Assembly: GCA_010093605.1 (NCBI GenBank)
Contig: MU004181.1
Location: 2,480,001-2,544,000, forward strand
DNA length: 64,000 nt
Direction of reading: 5' to 3'
Source: Lophium mytilinum
Lineage: Eukaryota
Shown: positions 23,682 through 35,827 of the stretch, piece by piece
How positions within the stretch are numbered: the stretch's first letter is position 1
How the letters are laid out: the number at the start of each line of letters is the position of its first letter
Notes under the pieces: model-generated
Told to the model about the DNA's origin: nothing
The model's database searches: none
What the model saw: only the letters and a program-made list of their open reading frames with translations
Translations under genes and position numbers: made by a program

Positions 23682-24839
23682 GTTTGTGAGCACTCATAGT
23701 GTGCCTATTTACAGAAAGACCTACTGCGACTTTGGGTGAGGTCGTGTTCTTTTTGCTTTGATGGCTATGACGATGGGCAAAACTATGGGAAGACTTGGCA
23801 GTTGGGTGGTGATGGATGAGACAGAAAAGCTGACGCTCAATCTCAAGGAAGGAATCGTACCCAGAGGACCGGAGATTAACAGATCATCGTTTGGCATCGA
23901 AAGACAACATAGGGGCGAAGAGGCAGGGTGACTGCACAAATAGCGTCACGGTATGCGTTAAAGAACCAACTGTCAACCATGTGCATCCAAAGATAAACAA
24001 AAACTGAAGGATTTCATAGCCACAATTACCGTTTAGCTGTTACACTACGATCACCCAACTTTAACATGAGACATGCCGGCCCCCATTACTTTAGCCCCCT
24101 TGGCCCCAGGCCCCATTCTCTAACCACCTATTCTCCAGTCCTGTTCTCCCGGCCCCCATTATACAGAGGGGTACCCGGAAATAGACCTTCTGAGGCAGGG
24201 TAATGACCCCAGTCTCAACACTCCCTGTGAAATACAGGGCCTAAACTTAGGTTCCAACAAGCTGCTCAGTCTTCGCTTAAAATCGCTTACCCGAGCACAG
24301 CAACACCCCAAGCTGGAGCATAGGCAGCTCAGTTCCTTGAACGGTAAAGGAAGCCACTTGGGCGCACATTGGGATATCGTGCTACCTGGTTTAACACCCT
24401 CATGTTTCTCTCATCACCTCCCATATCCTACCGGCCACCGCGAAACTAGTACATCCGTTGATAGAAACTTCAGAAAATGCACATTCAAGCAAAGCATAAT
24501 ATCTTAGATGAGTCCTCGCATGACGGCGACGCCGAGCTCCTACGTCCGTACCCAGACCGCAATTATCAAAAGCTTTCCGGGAAACAAAACGAGCAGAAGT
24601 TCGATATATGCTCGAGTGCTTAGTACAGAAATGGTATCGAAAGGTATGAGACATTATGAACCATGAGATACAATAGCTAACCAGACGCCGGAGCCTTAGA
24701 CTAAAAGTGTCCCTCGAGAGATCAGTGCCGAAATCTATAGAATGTGGCGCGTGTAGGTCTTTCGCACCCTCCCTCCGTGCCGTTCGCTCAACGAAAACAC
24801 TTCAACTTCCGCTCCTCTAAGCTGGATTTCTTGCTTTAC

Positions 24840-25791
24840 GAGAGATCTAGTACGGTCATCTCGTACTCGAACATAGAAGCGCAGCCATTTATCCGCTTCT
24901 TCCACCAAATCGAGATGTTCGCGTCCGAAGCCTCCATGCTCGGACACCTCGTCAAGTCCTTGATTCCGTGCAAGAAGCTTCAAACAATGACCCTGGCTGG
25001 AATTCTGGTTGTTCTCACGCCGAGTTCTACGACAAGAGCCCTGACAAATTCTCGTGGTGTTACGTGGAAGCGCAGTAGGCTATCTCTCAGCCCCCTACGT
25101 TTTCCAACGCTCGTCACCGCACCTGGAAAGTATTGCGCAGCTTTGCGTTCGAGCCCATCCCAGGATATGGAATGTACAATGGCTTTAGACGGTATGTGTT
25201 GCCAGACTATAGCTTCTGTATTGTGTAGGTTGTTTGCCGGAAGCCCTAGTTGTCGACGAGGTCTGTTACACTCCACCACACTCGCCGGTTGAATTTCTTT
25301 GCATCGATGACGAGGATTTCAATGCCTGAAACCATGTCCGGAGATAGCCTACTAGACACGCGACCGCGCATGATGAGGCTCGAGTGGTGCGGATACAACT
25401 TCCGCGAGGCAACATGGGGTGGCAAATGCTCGCCTCTCATTGGCTCGGGCGGGTTTTCCGAGATCGAGAGCATTCAACGAAACCTGGATTCATTGATTTG
25501 TACAATATTCTTCAAGGATTCCGAGCGCATAAAGCTCAATATTACCTGTTCGAGTCCTGCCGTCATGTCTGACAATGCTTGGGTGTTGAGTACAGAAGGA
25601 GTTGCTTCCGGAGCCCGTGCTCTCCCCATATCAGAAAACCTTCTTGAAGCTGTAGTAGCACGGAGGGCGTCATTCTTGATGAACCTTATTGGCGTTGCCA
25701 CCTTGATGTCCTGGCCGTAATTCTTTGAGGAAACACGGCATATCCAGATCCAAATTGCGTAGAGCCTCGTTGCGCAAGATTCGTTCAGCAA
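24840..25791 (-). pseudogene. Decayed gene with DUF7587-like (ADP-ribosyltransferase-fold) motifs
   Basis: In-frame stop at 25474-25476, a frameshift near 25255 and a stop at 24980-24982 break a reading EHLPPH...IEILVIDAKK...W.VTDLV-RQLGLP...TEAIVWQHIPSKAIVHSI. Its 5' end may extend toward ~26400. Confidence 0.45.
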
Positions 25792-26912
25792 TAAATTGGC
25801 ATTTGCATCGAAGCTGCCCTGAGATTGATCAGATATATCATATGACGTTGTATAAACCTCCGCGGGGGACTTCTTTTGCCTTTTGGTAATCTGAAAGTCG
25901 TGTGAAGCAAGAAAGCTTTGAGGATCTTAGCAAGATGGTCCTGAAGTCTGGTAATTCATCTACGTACCTTTCTGAACCCTTTTTCCAGCCGTTCTGTTGG
26001 TAGGAGCTCGATCGTCAGGCATTTGAGTTGACGAAGGCAATTATTGATACTTTAGGGGGCTATCAACGGCCAGAGTCAGCGTGATTCGGAATATCTACAG
26101 TATAGACTGATAGCTTGGTTAAGTAGCGCTAATCTTAGTTTCTCAGTACTTATACATTAGATTCGTAGAGTTCGCTCACCTTCAGCCGCTCCTCATTCCG
26201 CATACTTCACTAGAACCTCTTCATCGTGAACTCTCCCCTGGAAGCATCAAAGCTGACATCAAGCTACGACAAGCTGTTTCGTGGCTGTCGTGTTTCCATG
26301 TACTCCGTACTTAAGTGCCAGCTGGAAGCCTGGAACTCATCTTACTTGAGACGCGAGAAGTTTGGGACTTCAGCATCAGTCAATTGTTTAGATATGGTCG
26401 TTCGTAGAAGGGGATAGACATTACTGGGGACTAATACGTGAGTGAATGAATAGTGAGTCTCATGTGGGTATGTCTTTCAACGGCCAAGTCATCTATCGAG
26501 TTTCCAGACTCACACCTTGCGATTGAGATAAGCTTGTCACGTGTGACCATGGGGCTCCATTTCCATAAGTAGCAAATAAAGATGGTCACCAGCGCTGGAG
26601 AAGTACTCATCGTGCGGCTCAGCCTCTTCTAACGTCCCGCAATTTGCCCGTTGTATTTCCGACCGGCTTCGGCGTGAGCATACCACGGCCTGCAAAATTC
26701 GGTCTTTTCCACTTCGAGTCCAAAATTCGGTAGGTAATCTAAGAAATTTTGGGGTATAAAGGTTGACCGGATGTTGCCCAAGGGTAAGGTGCGCAGACTA
26801 AAGTAGGCTCTGCGATTCGCAGCGGACGACTTCCACAATTCCACCTGGAGCCACGGTCGAAATTGGATCTGAACCCAGCTCTGTGATTGACGGTGTGCTG
26901 TTGAAGTTTCCG

Positions 26913-29105
26913 CTATCCCAATCGAACATCGACCTCTTCCGTCGGAGCAGAGTCCCAGTAATCTTGAAAGACACGGCCGAGTGCAACACGATATGCGACG
27001 CCGTCTTCCCACTCGATCCACATGATGTTATAGAACTTATAGGGTGGATCCTTCTTTTTCGATTTACACTTCTTAGGAGAATCCTCGCAGTGGGGGGGAC
27101 AGTTCTCATGAAGCAGCTTCATCTCGGGGAATAATGATGCAATTTCCCATGAAGAGGAGAACGCTCCCAATTCTACTTTCCCAGCACTGATAGAAATCCA
27201 TTCACAAGATTGACCAATGGGAACGCCAGCTTGCTCCGATAGAGACGGCATTGTTCCCACTATCTTTCCACTAGAACACTTGAGGTACCATGCGTCAACG
27301 CCATCAATCTTTTCTCCGATAAACAGACGAAGCCTCTGGGCGCGACAGAAAATGATCGGACTCCAACTATCCTCTTCTGGCGGAAGAGACAATAAATCGA
27401 TTGGAACAGGGGGACGAGGCATACCATTTCCGAGGAGATTTGATTCCAGACGTCGTTTTCCCGAATGGTAGCAGGAGTTACATGTCTCGACTTGCTTAAA
27501 ATCTATTGGAACCAGGGTTCCGGAAGATGCTCGCGATTTGTACCATTTGACCGTCGGCTGGATATCTAGAAGAGGTCTATCATCTAGGCTAACATTACGC
27601 TGGTGAGGATATACGCAGCGCCAAGGGAAGGTATCAATAGGGCCGGACCAGCCTGCCCACGACCAGCTCGGAAGTGTACGCAGCGTTGACCCTGTCGCAT
27701 CTTTCTTCCGCTCGTGGAGCTCCTCGGGTTTCCATAGCAGCATAACATCAAAAGCAATTTAAAGTAGTCCATAAAAAATTCCGCCCTTCATGGACTTGCT
27801 CGCAATAGTCGTAATTGCTCCAAAAGCGTCTAAAGTATCTTCAGGATAACTTAGCTGCCGTTTGCTGTAATCCTTCACTAACGAAGCATATGACAAAATA
27901 TTTAGCCGGTGTGTGTTGGGACGCAACGGGACGTCGGACGGCGTGGCCATGTTTTCAGTGCTAAACATTTTTTCGCAGGTCCAATTGACAGTACCGTGCA
28001 CGAAGTCTAATTTCCTTCGAGAGATAATTTCTTCCTGGAATGTCCACGCGCGTGTGTCATATTTGTATGTTTGATTTACCGGATCAACCGTTGTTATCAG
28101 TTGGCAGTCTGGTCCAAAGTCGAAGAATCGAAAAGGGCTTTTTCGCGGCGTATTTGTTGCAATTCCTCGTAGGCCAAATTCATCATCACTCCCGTCTCGA
28201 GCTACTATCGTCAAGTATGCGTTGGCGTATACGGATGCCATCGACTTCAACATTTTGGGCTTGTGCTTTAGGTCATCCTGCACAATGCAGAACCTATCCA
28301 CCCACAGTTTCTTTCCCAGCAATCCGGCCAAAACCATGCTGTCTTGGATAGTTTTTGGCAACCGACATTTATTCGCTGGAATGTCGAAGGCACCATCTTG
28401 GCAGAGTGCATTGAAGTTGTACATATCTGTTTGGAACGGTGCCAGGAGGTCACCCCAAACATAGCTCAAAGCCACGTATTGGTCCATCTCTTGGCCGCGC
28501 ACCAAGCACCGGCGCGTGACACCGATCAAGTACAGCTGTTCTGGTCGTTGGAAAGTCCACCATGGATCGGTAATAGAGTGACAAACGCCGCTGTGGCTTT
28601 CATCACAGAATTTTGCCCACTCTTTCACTCTCTTCACGTCAATCCAATCTCGGTCGAGGCAGTCAAATGCAACACCGACCACCGAGTGTTCCTTATGAGG
28701 GCCGACAGGCGTTAAGTCTAACTATCGAAAGTTAACCATGTTACATTATCAGTATGAGTGAGGCAACTATACGCTGACAATATTAACATACAGCTTCCAC
28801 CTGTACCGGACGAACCAAATATTGACATAGCGAGAGTCTCCGGAGACTTGTTTCTGGAGACACTGCACGACGTTCAGACAAGTTGGACAGTTTGTCTGAT
28901 TGCGAAACTCTGCAAGGGACGCGATCCAATGGTGAATTTTGTGGGGATGAACAATACGAGCTATTCGCGGTTGGGGTTTGAAAATCCGAGCTATTTTCGT
29001 ACAATTCGGGCATGGACGCTTTCGCTCGGGGTTTGAAAGACTCACTGACCGCGCGAAAGCTTTTAGTCCTCGAAGCCTAGTACCAGTCGTCTCGAGTTCC
29101 GACAT
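26913..29105 (-). pseudogene. HET-domain (heterokaryon incompatibility) gene with one in-frame nonsense codon
   Basis: W..FCDESH..C, YVALSYVWG, LPKTIQDSM, LWVDRFCIVQDD, MASVYANAYLTIVA, YDTRAWTFQE, then GGIFYGLL*IAFDVMLLWKP (TAA at 27759-27761), PSWSWAGW, WEDGVAYRVALGRV. Probable short intron ~28772-28722. Confidence 0.85.
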
Positions 29106-29993
29106 TTCTCAAGATAGTAGGAGAAACAAGTGATGAAGTTGAAATGGGACGAAGGCTGTGACTGTTGTTGAAGAGAGGTGGGCGCTCTATTCGTCATCGA
29201 AATATGCGGCCCGTTCAAGGCACAAGCACCGCCATACAAGAACACACAAATCTCACCCAAAACTGAGCCAAACTTCTTGAAAGTCGAAAAAGATTGAAGC
29301 CTCATAGTCTGGCTTGCAGCTGCAAGCTTAGACATTTCAATTTGGGGGGAAATTGGGAGAGGATTGCTTGTTGTGTCGTGTTGCATGTGCCTCAAATCGG
29401 CCGCTTATTTCGATGATGAAGGGTCAGCCCGAAGGCACGTCGCAGCTTCGAGTTTGCTAAGCCTCCCCACCACCCAGACATTCTAATAAGCCTTCAAGAG
29501 AGAAAGTATTAGAAAGGACGAATCAAGTCGCAGCGCGTGCAAGGGTGAGAAGGCTGTGCGAGGCTGAAAATGAGGTGCTACGTGCACTCACAGCAACCTT
29601 GTGGTAGAGTTCCGAAAGAGGGGTGTAGAGGTACAGTAGTACAACCGCTTCTTAAGCTCCCCAATTTAAAATATACCATTAGATGCCCTAATAGGACTGT
29701 TATTGCCCCACGAACAGCACCACTGAATGCATTCTATCTCACGTGGCTGAACATACATCATATTTCTAGCATATTATTGCAAGAGTGTTGCTCGCCAGTG
29801 TCACGTAAACACCATCCCAAAACCCCTTGACCTGTGTTTATGCTAGCATTGCCCCTCGCTATTCATGAAGTCATGCCATAGATAAAGCTGTGTTGGCAAG
29901 GAAAATTTCGTTGTCTCGCGGGCACTTCGAGCATGCTTCGGGTATCTTCATCTCCTGTTTTGTCCGACGTTCCTAGTTTACTGTCGACTTGAA

Positions 29994-31043
29994 CTATGGT
30001 TTGCTCTCCAATGCTCCTGTCTTCGACGTTGCTTCATTCGCTGTCTCGTTGACTTCCTTAGAGGCAGGTGCTACCTCCGCGGCGGAATCGGTAGACACCT
30101 TCTGTTTTTTGGGCTCTGGTTCTCCCTCCTCCACAGGCTCGGTGGTGGGAGCGTCTGGCAGCTTTGACGCTAAGTCAGTCTCCTCTGTCGTCTTCTCGGT
30201 ATCTTCCTCCTTCTCTTCCGGTACGACTGGGGGAAACACAAGACTGTTCTGGTGTTAGCAGTGCGCATTAAGTAACAACGCGACTCTGAAGACTCACGGG
30301 ATATTGGCAAAGTAAGCCTTCTCATCCTTCTCCATGAAGTTGCAGAAGATGATGCGCTCCAAACTATCCCCCTTGCCCTCGTCCAAGAACTTCCGTACTG
30401 TAGCTAGGGCAACCTCACTTGCTTCTCCACTCGGATAGCCGTAGATGCCTGTGCTTAGCGCGCTGAACGCGATACTCTTCAAGTCGTTTTCCACCGCGAG
30501 CTCCAAGCTACGCCAATAGCATCCCGCCAGCAGCTCCTCAGCAGCTCCTTCCTTCTTCGAAGCCCAATATCGCGGCCCTACGGCGTGAATCACCTTCTTC
30601 GCTGGTAGCTCGTAGCCGTCTGTAATTTTGGCATAGCCGGTCGGGCAGCCGTCGAGAGTCTCACACTCGTCCAGGAGGTCAGGCCCGGCGGCGCGGTGGA
30701 TTGCGCCATCAACACCGCCACCACCCATCAACGATTCGTTGGCGGCGTTGACGATGGAGTCGATTGCGAGTAGCGTGATATCATGGCGAATGACGGAGAT
30801 TTTGTCGTTGAAGGTAGCAGAAGGCGCTGGAAGCTCTGCACTATCGACTTCGGGGTCCGCGGCGAGCTTCTTGAGCTTGTAGAGAAGGGACAGGGTGGGG
30901 ATTTCGGAGAGGGGGAGGGGTTCGGGGCCCTCCATGGTGCGGTAGAAGACGCGGTAGCTTTGCGTGAGGGATCGAGGACGGAGGAATGAAGCTCTGTAGA
31001 AGATACGCAAGCTTGAGTTTAAGAACAAACAAGTTGGTCGCAT
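29994..31043 (-). CDS. Macrodomain protein (MacroD / O-acetyl-ADP-ribose deacetylase-like)
   Basis: DIT.L.IDSIVNAANESLMGGGGVDGAIHRAAG, TGYAKIT.GYELPAKKVIHAVGP, SIAFSALSTGIYGYP; intron 30297-30244; start is either ATG 31043 (presequence-like) or ATG 30935. Confidence 0.9.
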
Positions 31044-31781
31044 AGAGAGTGGAACAGTGATGGCTGGCAGCGGTAAGGCTGGATATCAAATTGAGGGCAA
31101 CGTGGCCCAAGCTCAAGCTTGGGCCTTAAACCACGTGACCCGATCTCAGCTCCATTCCAGGTACGGGCATCGAACCTTCATCCCTTCGTAAGTCAGCTGC
31201 AACACCTGGAGCTACTTTTAGGACCGTGATTACAAGGCTCTATACACGGAGGGCGTCGTCACTAGGGCATTTTACTCAGAAACCTCGCCAAGTCGATGAT
31301 TTGCAACAGGATTACAATTCACTCTTGGGACGGATTCACGCTGACAGCAATCGTGGGACGTCTAGGGCATATTCAGCTCGCGATGCCAGGCGCTTTCGGG
31401 CATTCACCCGAGCAGCGGCATATGTAGCTACTTTGGTATAGTGAGCACTTACCAGAGACTGGTAGTCGCACATATGCATTGTCCAATCACGAGCACTGGG
31501 GACCCCGCAAACTCCCAGCCGTCGGGAAGGGAGTAGCTTGTTCCCTACAACGTAGCACAGATCCCTCGGCAGTAGCGTCATGGGGGTGGGCGGTAAGCCA
31601 CAGCTCGACACGAAGTGCTACAAAGCTAGTTCGGTCGCCAGTGACAGCTGAGCTACAATTACAGCTGAAGGCTCACCTCCGTCTTTGTTCAAGTAGTCAA
31701 CAATCCCTCTATTTGCTGTCCTTCATATACCCTCTTCTATCTTGTTCTCGTCAATCTGTTGCTTCCCACTCTGGTTTAGCC

Positions 31782-33723
31782 ATGCCTTTCCTCGCCGAGG
31801 ACCGCTTTGACGTTTCGACCCAGGATCTCATTTCTTGGGCCTTCGACAATGCGGCTTACGATTTGGACAAGCCGGTAGGCCCTGCATTGACCGGTGTAGT
31901 AGGCAATTATTGAACCTTGCAGGTGTATATTGATGCCGCCGACCCCAAACGGTTCGTCTCTGCTAGACAAGGACGCACTATCATCCGCAAACTTGTCGCT
32001 GGATTCCGAAAAGCTGGGCTAGAGAAAGGAGACTGTGTCGTGTTGGCCTCCTTTAATGATGTAAAAACCTCTCATGAGCCGTGTTCAACTACTGACTAGT
32101 CCAGCTCTACTATCCCCTGATCGTTCAAGGTATCATTGCCGCGGGTGGTGTGTATACAGGAACAAATCCAAGCTACACCCCCCATGAGCTTGCCCATCAC
32201 ATCAAAGTCTCCAAAGGAAAGTTCATAGTCGTCGAGCCTGAGCTTCTACCTCCTATTCAAGCTGCGGAGCATAGCATACCAAAGTCTAACATCTTCATCT
32301 TCGACACTCTTGGGCAAGCTATTCCAGATGGATTCAAACCTTGGAAATGGCTATTGGAGCAAGGTGAACGGGACTGGTGAGAGTTTTGAACTTCATCATT
32401 GGAAAAGCATTGTAGGACTGACCATCTTCCAGGGTCCGCTTCAATGATCTCCAAACTGCCAAAAAGACATTAGCCATGCTCCTATTCTCCAGTGGAACAA
32501 CTGGCCTGCCGAAGGCCGTGATGCTATCCCATTACAACTTAGTTGCCCAAACCGAAGGGATCTTCGAGTTCAAGCCACGCCCATGGGATGTAAGGCCGTC
32601 TGCTCAAGACCAGACGGGATCAAAGCCTAACTCTTGTCTCTAGGTCAAGCGTCTCCTCGCCCTACCTTTTTTCCACGCCGCTACAGCTCCCGTCACGCAC
32701 ACTACACCATTCCGCAAGGGCGACGAGTCGTACATAATGCGCCGCTTCGACCTCGAAGCCTTCATGGCCGGGATCGAGAAATACCAAATCACCGACTTGA
32801 TAATGGTACCACCCGTCTGTGTCGCCATCATCATGTCCGGGCTGCACAAGAAATACAGCCTCAAGTCGATCAAATCTGCAGCTTGTGGCGCCGCACCCCT
32901 CGATAAAGCCGTGCAAGCGCGTCTCAAAGCTATGCTGGCTCCCGGTGCACCATTTGCTCAAGTTTGGGGTATGACGGAGACTTCTTGCGTTGCAACACAG
33001 CTTCATTACCCCGAAGACGACGACACGGGCAGCGTCGGACGACCAATCCCCAACCTCGACATCAAACTCGTTGATGATGACGGGAAAGATATTTCCGCAT
33101 ACGAGGTCCGGGGCGAGATCTGTGTAAGAGGCCCGACTGTCGTGGATGGGTACTTCGAAAACCCGGAAGCGAATAGCAGGGATTGGGATGATGAGGGATT
33201 CTTCCATACTGGCGATATTGGCTACTGTGATGAAGCTAGTAAGAAGTGGTTTATCGTAGACCGTAAGAAGGTACGTCGCGTTCGTTGTATCTCCCCTATT
33301 TATGATGCGGCTTCTATATGCGTTTCGTTTTTCATTGAGAAAAAGAGTCTCTCCTCTAACGTCTCGCAGGAACTCATCAAAGTCCGTAGCTTTCAAGTCG
33401 CCCCACCCGAAATCGAGGGCGTACTGCTAGGCCACCCCTCCATCATCGACGCTGCCGTCATTGGAGTCTACTTCCCTCAACCCTCTGGCGAGCCGACCGA
33501 GTTACCACGCGCCTATATCGTGCAACGGCCCGGCACGTCTCCATTGACGGAAAAAGAAGTCTATGATTCCGTCGCAGCAAAGCTCTCGAAATACAAATGG
33601 CTAGATGGAGGGGTCAAGTTCTTGAGATTGGAGGAAGGAGGAATCCCGAAGACGGCTAGCGGTAAAATCCTAAAGAGGGTGCTTAGGGAGATGGCAGCGA
33701 AAGAGAGTGGGGCGAAGCTGTAG
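31782..33723 (+). CDS. 4-coumarate-CoA ligase-like AMP-binding enzyme, peroxisomal
   Basis: Six exons; FSSGTTGLPKAVMLSH, QVWGMTE, GEICVRGP, FHTGDIG, DRKKELIKVR..QVAPPEIE, IPKTASGKILKR; C-terminal PTS1-type AKL. Confidence 0.9.
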
Positions 33724-33802
33724 ACAGGAGGGACCGTGGGATGAAATTCAGCTGAAGTTGGTGTGACAGATAGAACGCTTGTACATTACGCAATTCAGGT
33801 GG

Positions 33803-35491
33803 CTAGGGTCTCGTAGATTCTCTAATCTTAATCCTCCTCAATTCTGAATCGTCATCATCAGAACTAAACGATGACTCCTCCTCATCAGAACCAGAGGACG
33901 ACTCCGCGGATCCGATATCATCCCCATCAAGCGAAGGAGTATACAGCTTGATCCTCTCATCCAACGGCGGAAAGTGCTTTTCCATCTTCTCGTCCCAGTC
34001 AGATCCCATATCGTCAGTTCCATCACTGTCCGAATACTGAGTCTCCTCATAAAGAGGCCATACTTTCCCTCGTATTTCCACCGGCGGATCCTCGAAGTCC
34101 TGATACGGCTCTCGTAGCGGGAACGCGCCACCATCCAGGAACTGTGTCCAATGCAATTTCCTCTCAACGGTGTCTTTTGCTGTGCTCCAACAGCTACTTC
34201 GTGGCGAGCGCATAGGCTCACCACCCACTAAGTCGCATACAAGATCCATCTTCTTCAACTCAGCCGTGTTAGGTAGGTTGCGAAGTGCTTCAAGTAGCCA
34301 GACCCAAGTTTCAGCTGCTTCTCCATTCCTTAGGGTGATGGATTTGAACTCCAGGTATTCAAGACTAGCCGCATGAGCATATATCACTTGAAGTACGCTT
34401 TTGGCATGGTCTGATCCAGCAATGAAAATACCTCTGTGAAGCTTTGGAAGGGCGTTCTTGGGGTCGAGGACTGAGATCGTAGGAAGATTCGTAACCAAAG
34501 GGTATAAACATTCGGAGTTGTCGATTTTGAGTTCACGAAGCTCTTTGCAGGAGGAGAGGATCGTGGTGAGGTTACCGCACAACAATATACGCGTCGCCTC
34601 GCCGTCGTAATCGCCTGAGAAACAGAGATGCAAAACTTCAAGCTTTTCGAAGGCAATCCGCATTCGGTCGAGGGTCTTGTTCCAGGATTCGAACAAGTAA
34701 GAAAAGGCGCCCATGCAAGCGCCAAGCTCATCGAATGCTATGCGGAATGGAGGGATGATGAACTCCTTGATGGGCGAGGGTGACGCAATACAGACATCCA
34801 GTAAGAGGTTGAGGTGACGGAAGTGATTGAGTCGCTCGATGTCCTCAGGCAAGGCCATTTCAAGGTCAAACTTCATCTCTGTGGATTCGAATAGCTCCAC
34901 TCGTCTTTCCGGAAGGATGGGACGCCACAGTAGCCTACTGCCTACACCAATCTTGAATCTCCAGTGCTCGGGAATGTCGTATTCTGGGTCCATTTCGGAC
35001 AAGGCTGATCTTGTCGCAGGAGCGCACAAGCCCGAGAGACTCATCGGTGAAGCGAGGGACTTGGGACAACATAGCACCACGGAACGGAGACTACTGAGAA
35101 GAGGGAGAGCATTGAAGACACCCTGTAGATTCCATTAGCCTGAAACTGGATAGAATCAAAACTTCATTACATTATCTTCCTTGTCCCAGGCATCGCGAGT
35201 TTCATCAAGTCTTTCCAGAGCAATCTTGCGGTACCGGGGGGCTAGCTGATCATAGGCTCCGTCCACAATCAATTGCTTGACGCCCTTCGCAAGCTCTGGG
35301 TTTTCTGAAACATGTTTGAAGACCTTCAAGTCCAACTCATGGCTGGAGACGTAAAGTCGGGGAAAGAGGAGATGAGCAATTGCACTCTTGCAGAACTGAT
35401 TCGTCAGGCGCAGCGTTTTGATGTCGGAGCCTGGAAGATATTCTCCAATGTCAATGATCAGCTCAACTGGAAGGTCCGAGAAGGTGGCCAT
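33803..35491 (-). CDS. F-box-like protein with LRR-like region and acidic tail
   Basis: N-terminal FSDLPVELIIDIGEYL...IKTLRLT...LF.RLYVS; a 48-nt intron (35170-35123) joins it in frame to the 425-aa ORF. Confidence 0.72.
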
Positions 35492-35827
35492 GTTTGGGCG
35501 TCAACGGCTTGAGTGTGTGATTAGAAGTGAAGGGTGTGACATTGGTAAGGAATCACTACGTGGAATTGCCCAGGTGGATGTTGCAGGTGCCTGATCGAGG
35601 TGGCGCTCTGGCTAGGACTAATCCGAACATCACGTGCCCAAGGGTTCCAGCTCTCATGTGAGTAGGTACGTTAGATTGAACAAGAGAAAGATTACGCATA
35701 GCTTTGTTCGGTACGTTATTCCTTCCATTAAGTCGAACTAGACTTTTGAAGAATTTCGTGTATGTCATACGCCGGTTGCTCTGGCGACGAAGCCACCGAG
35801 AACGATGGACTGAGGCCTCCTCCACGC

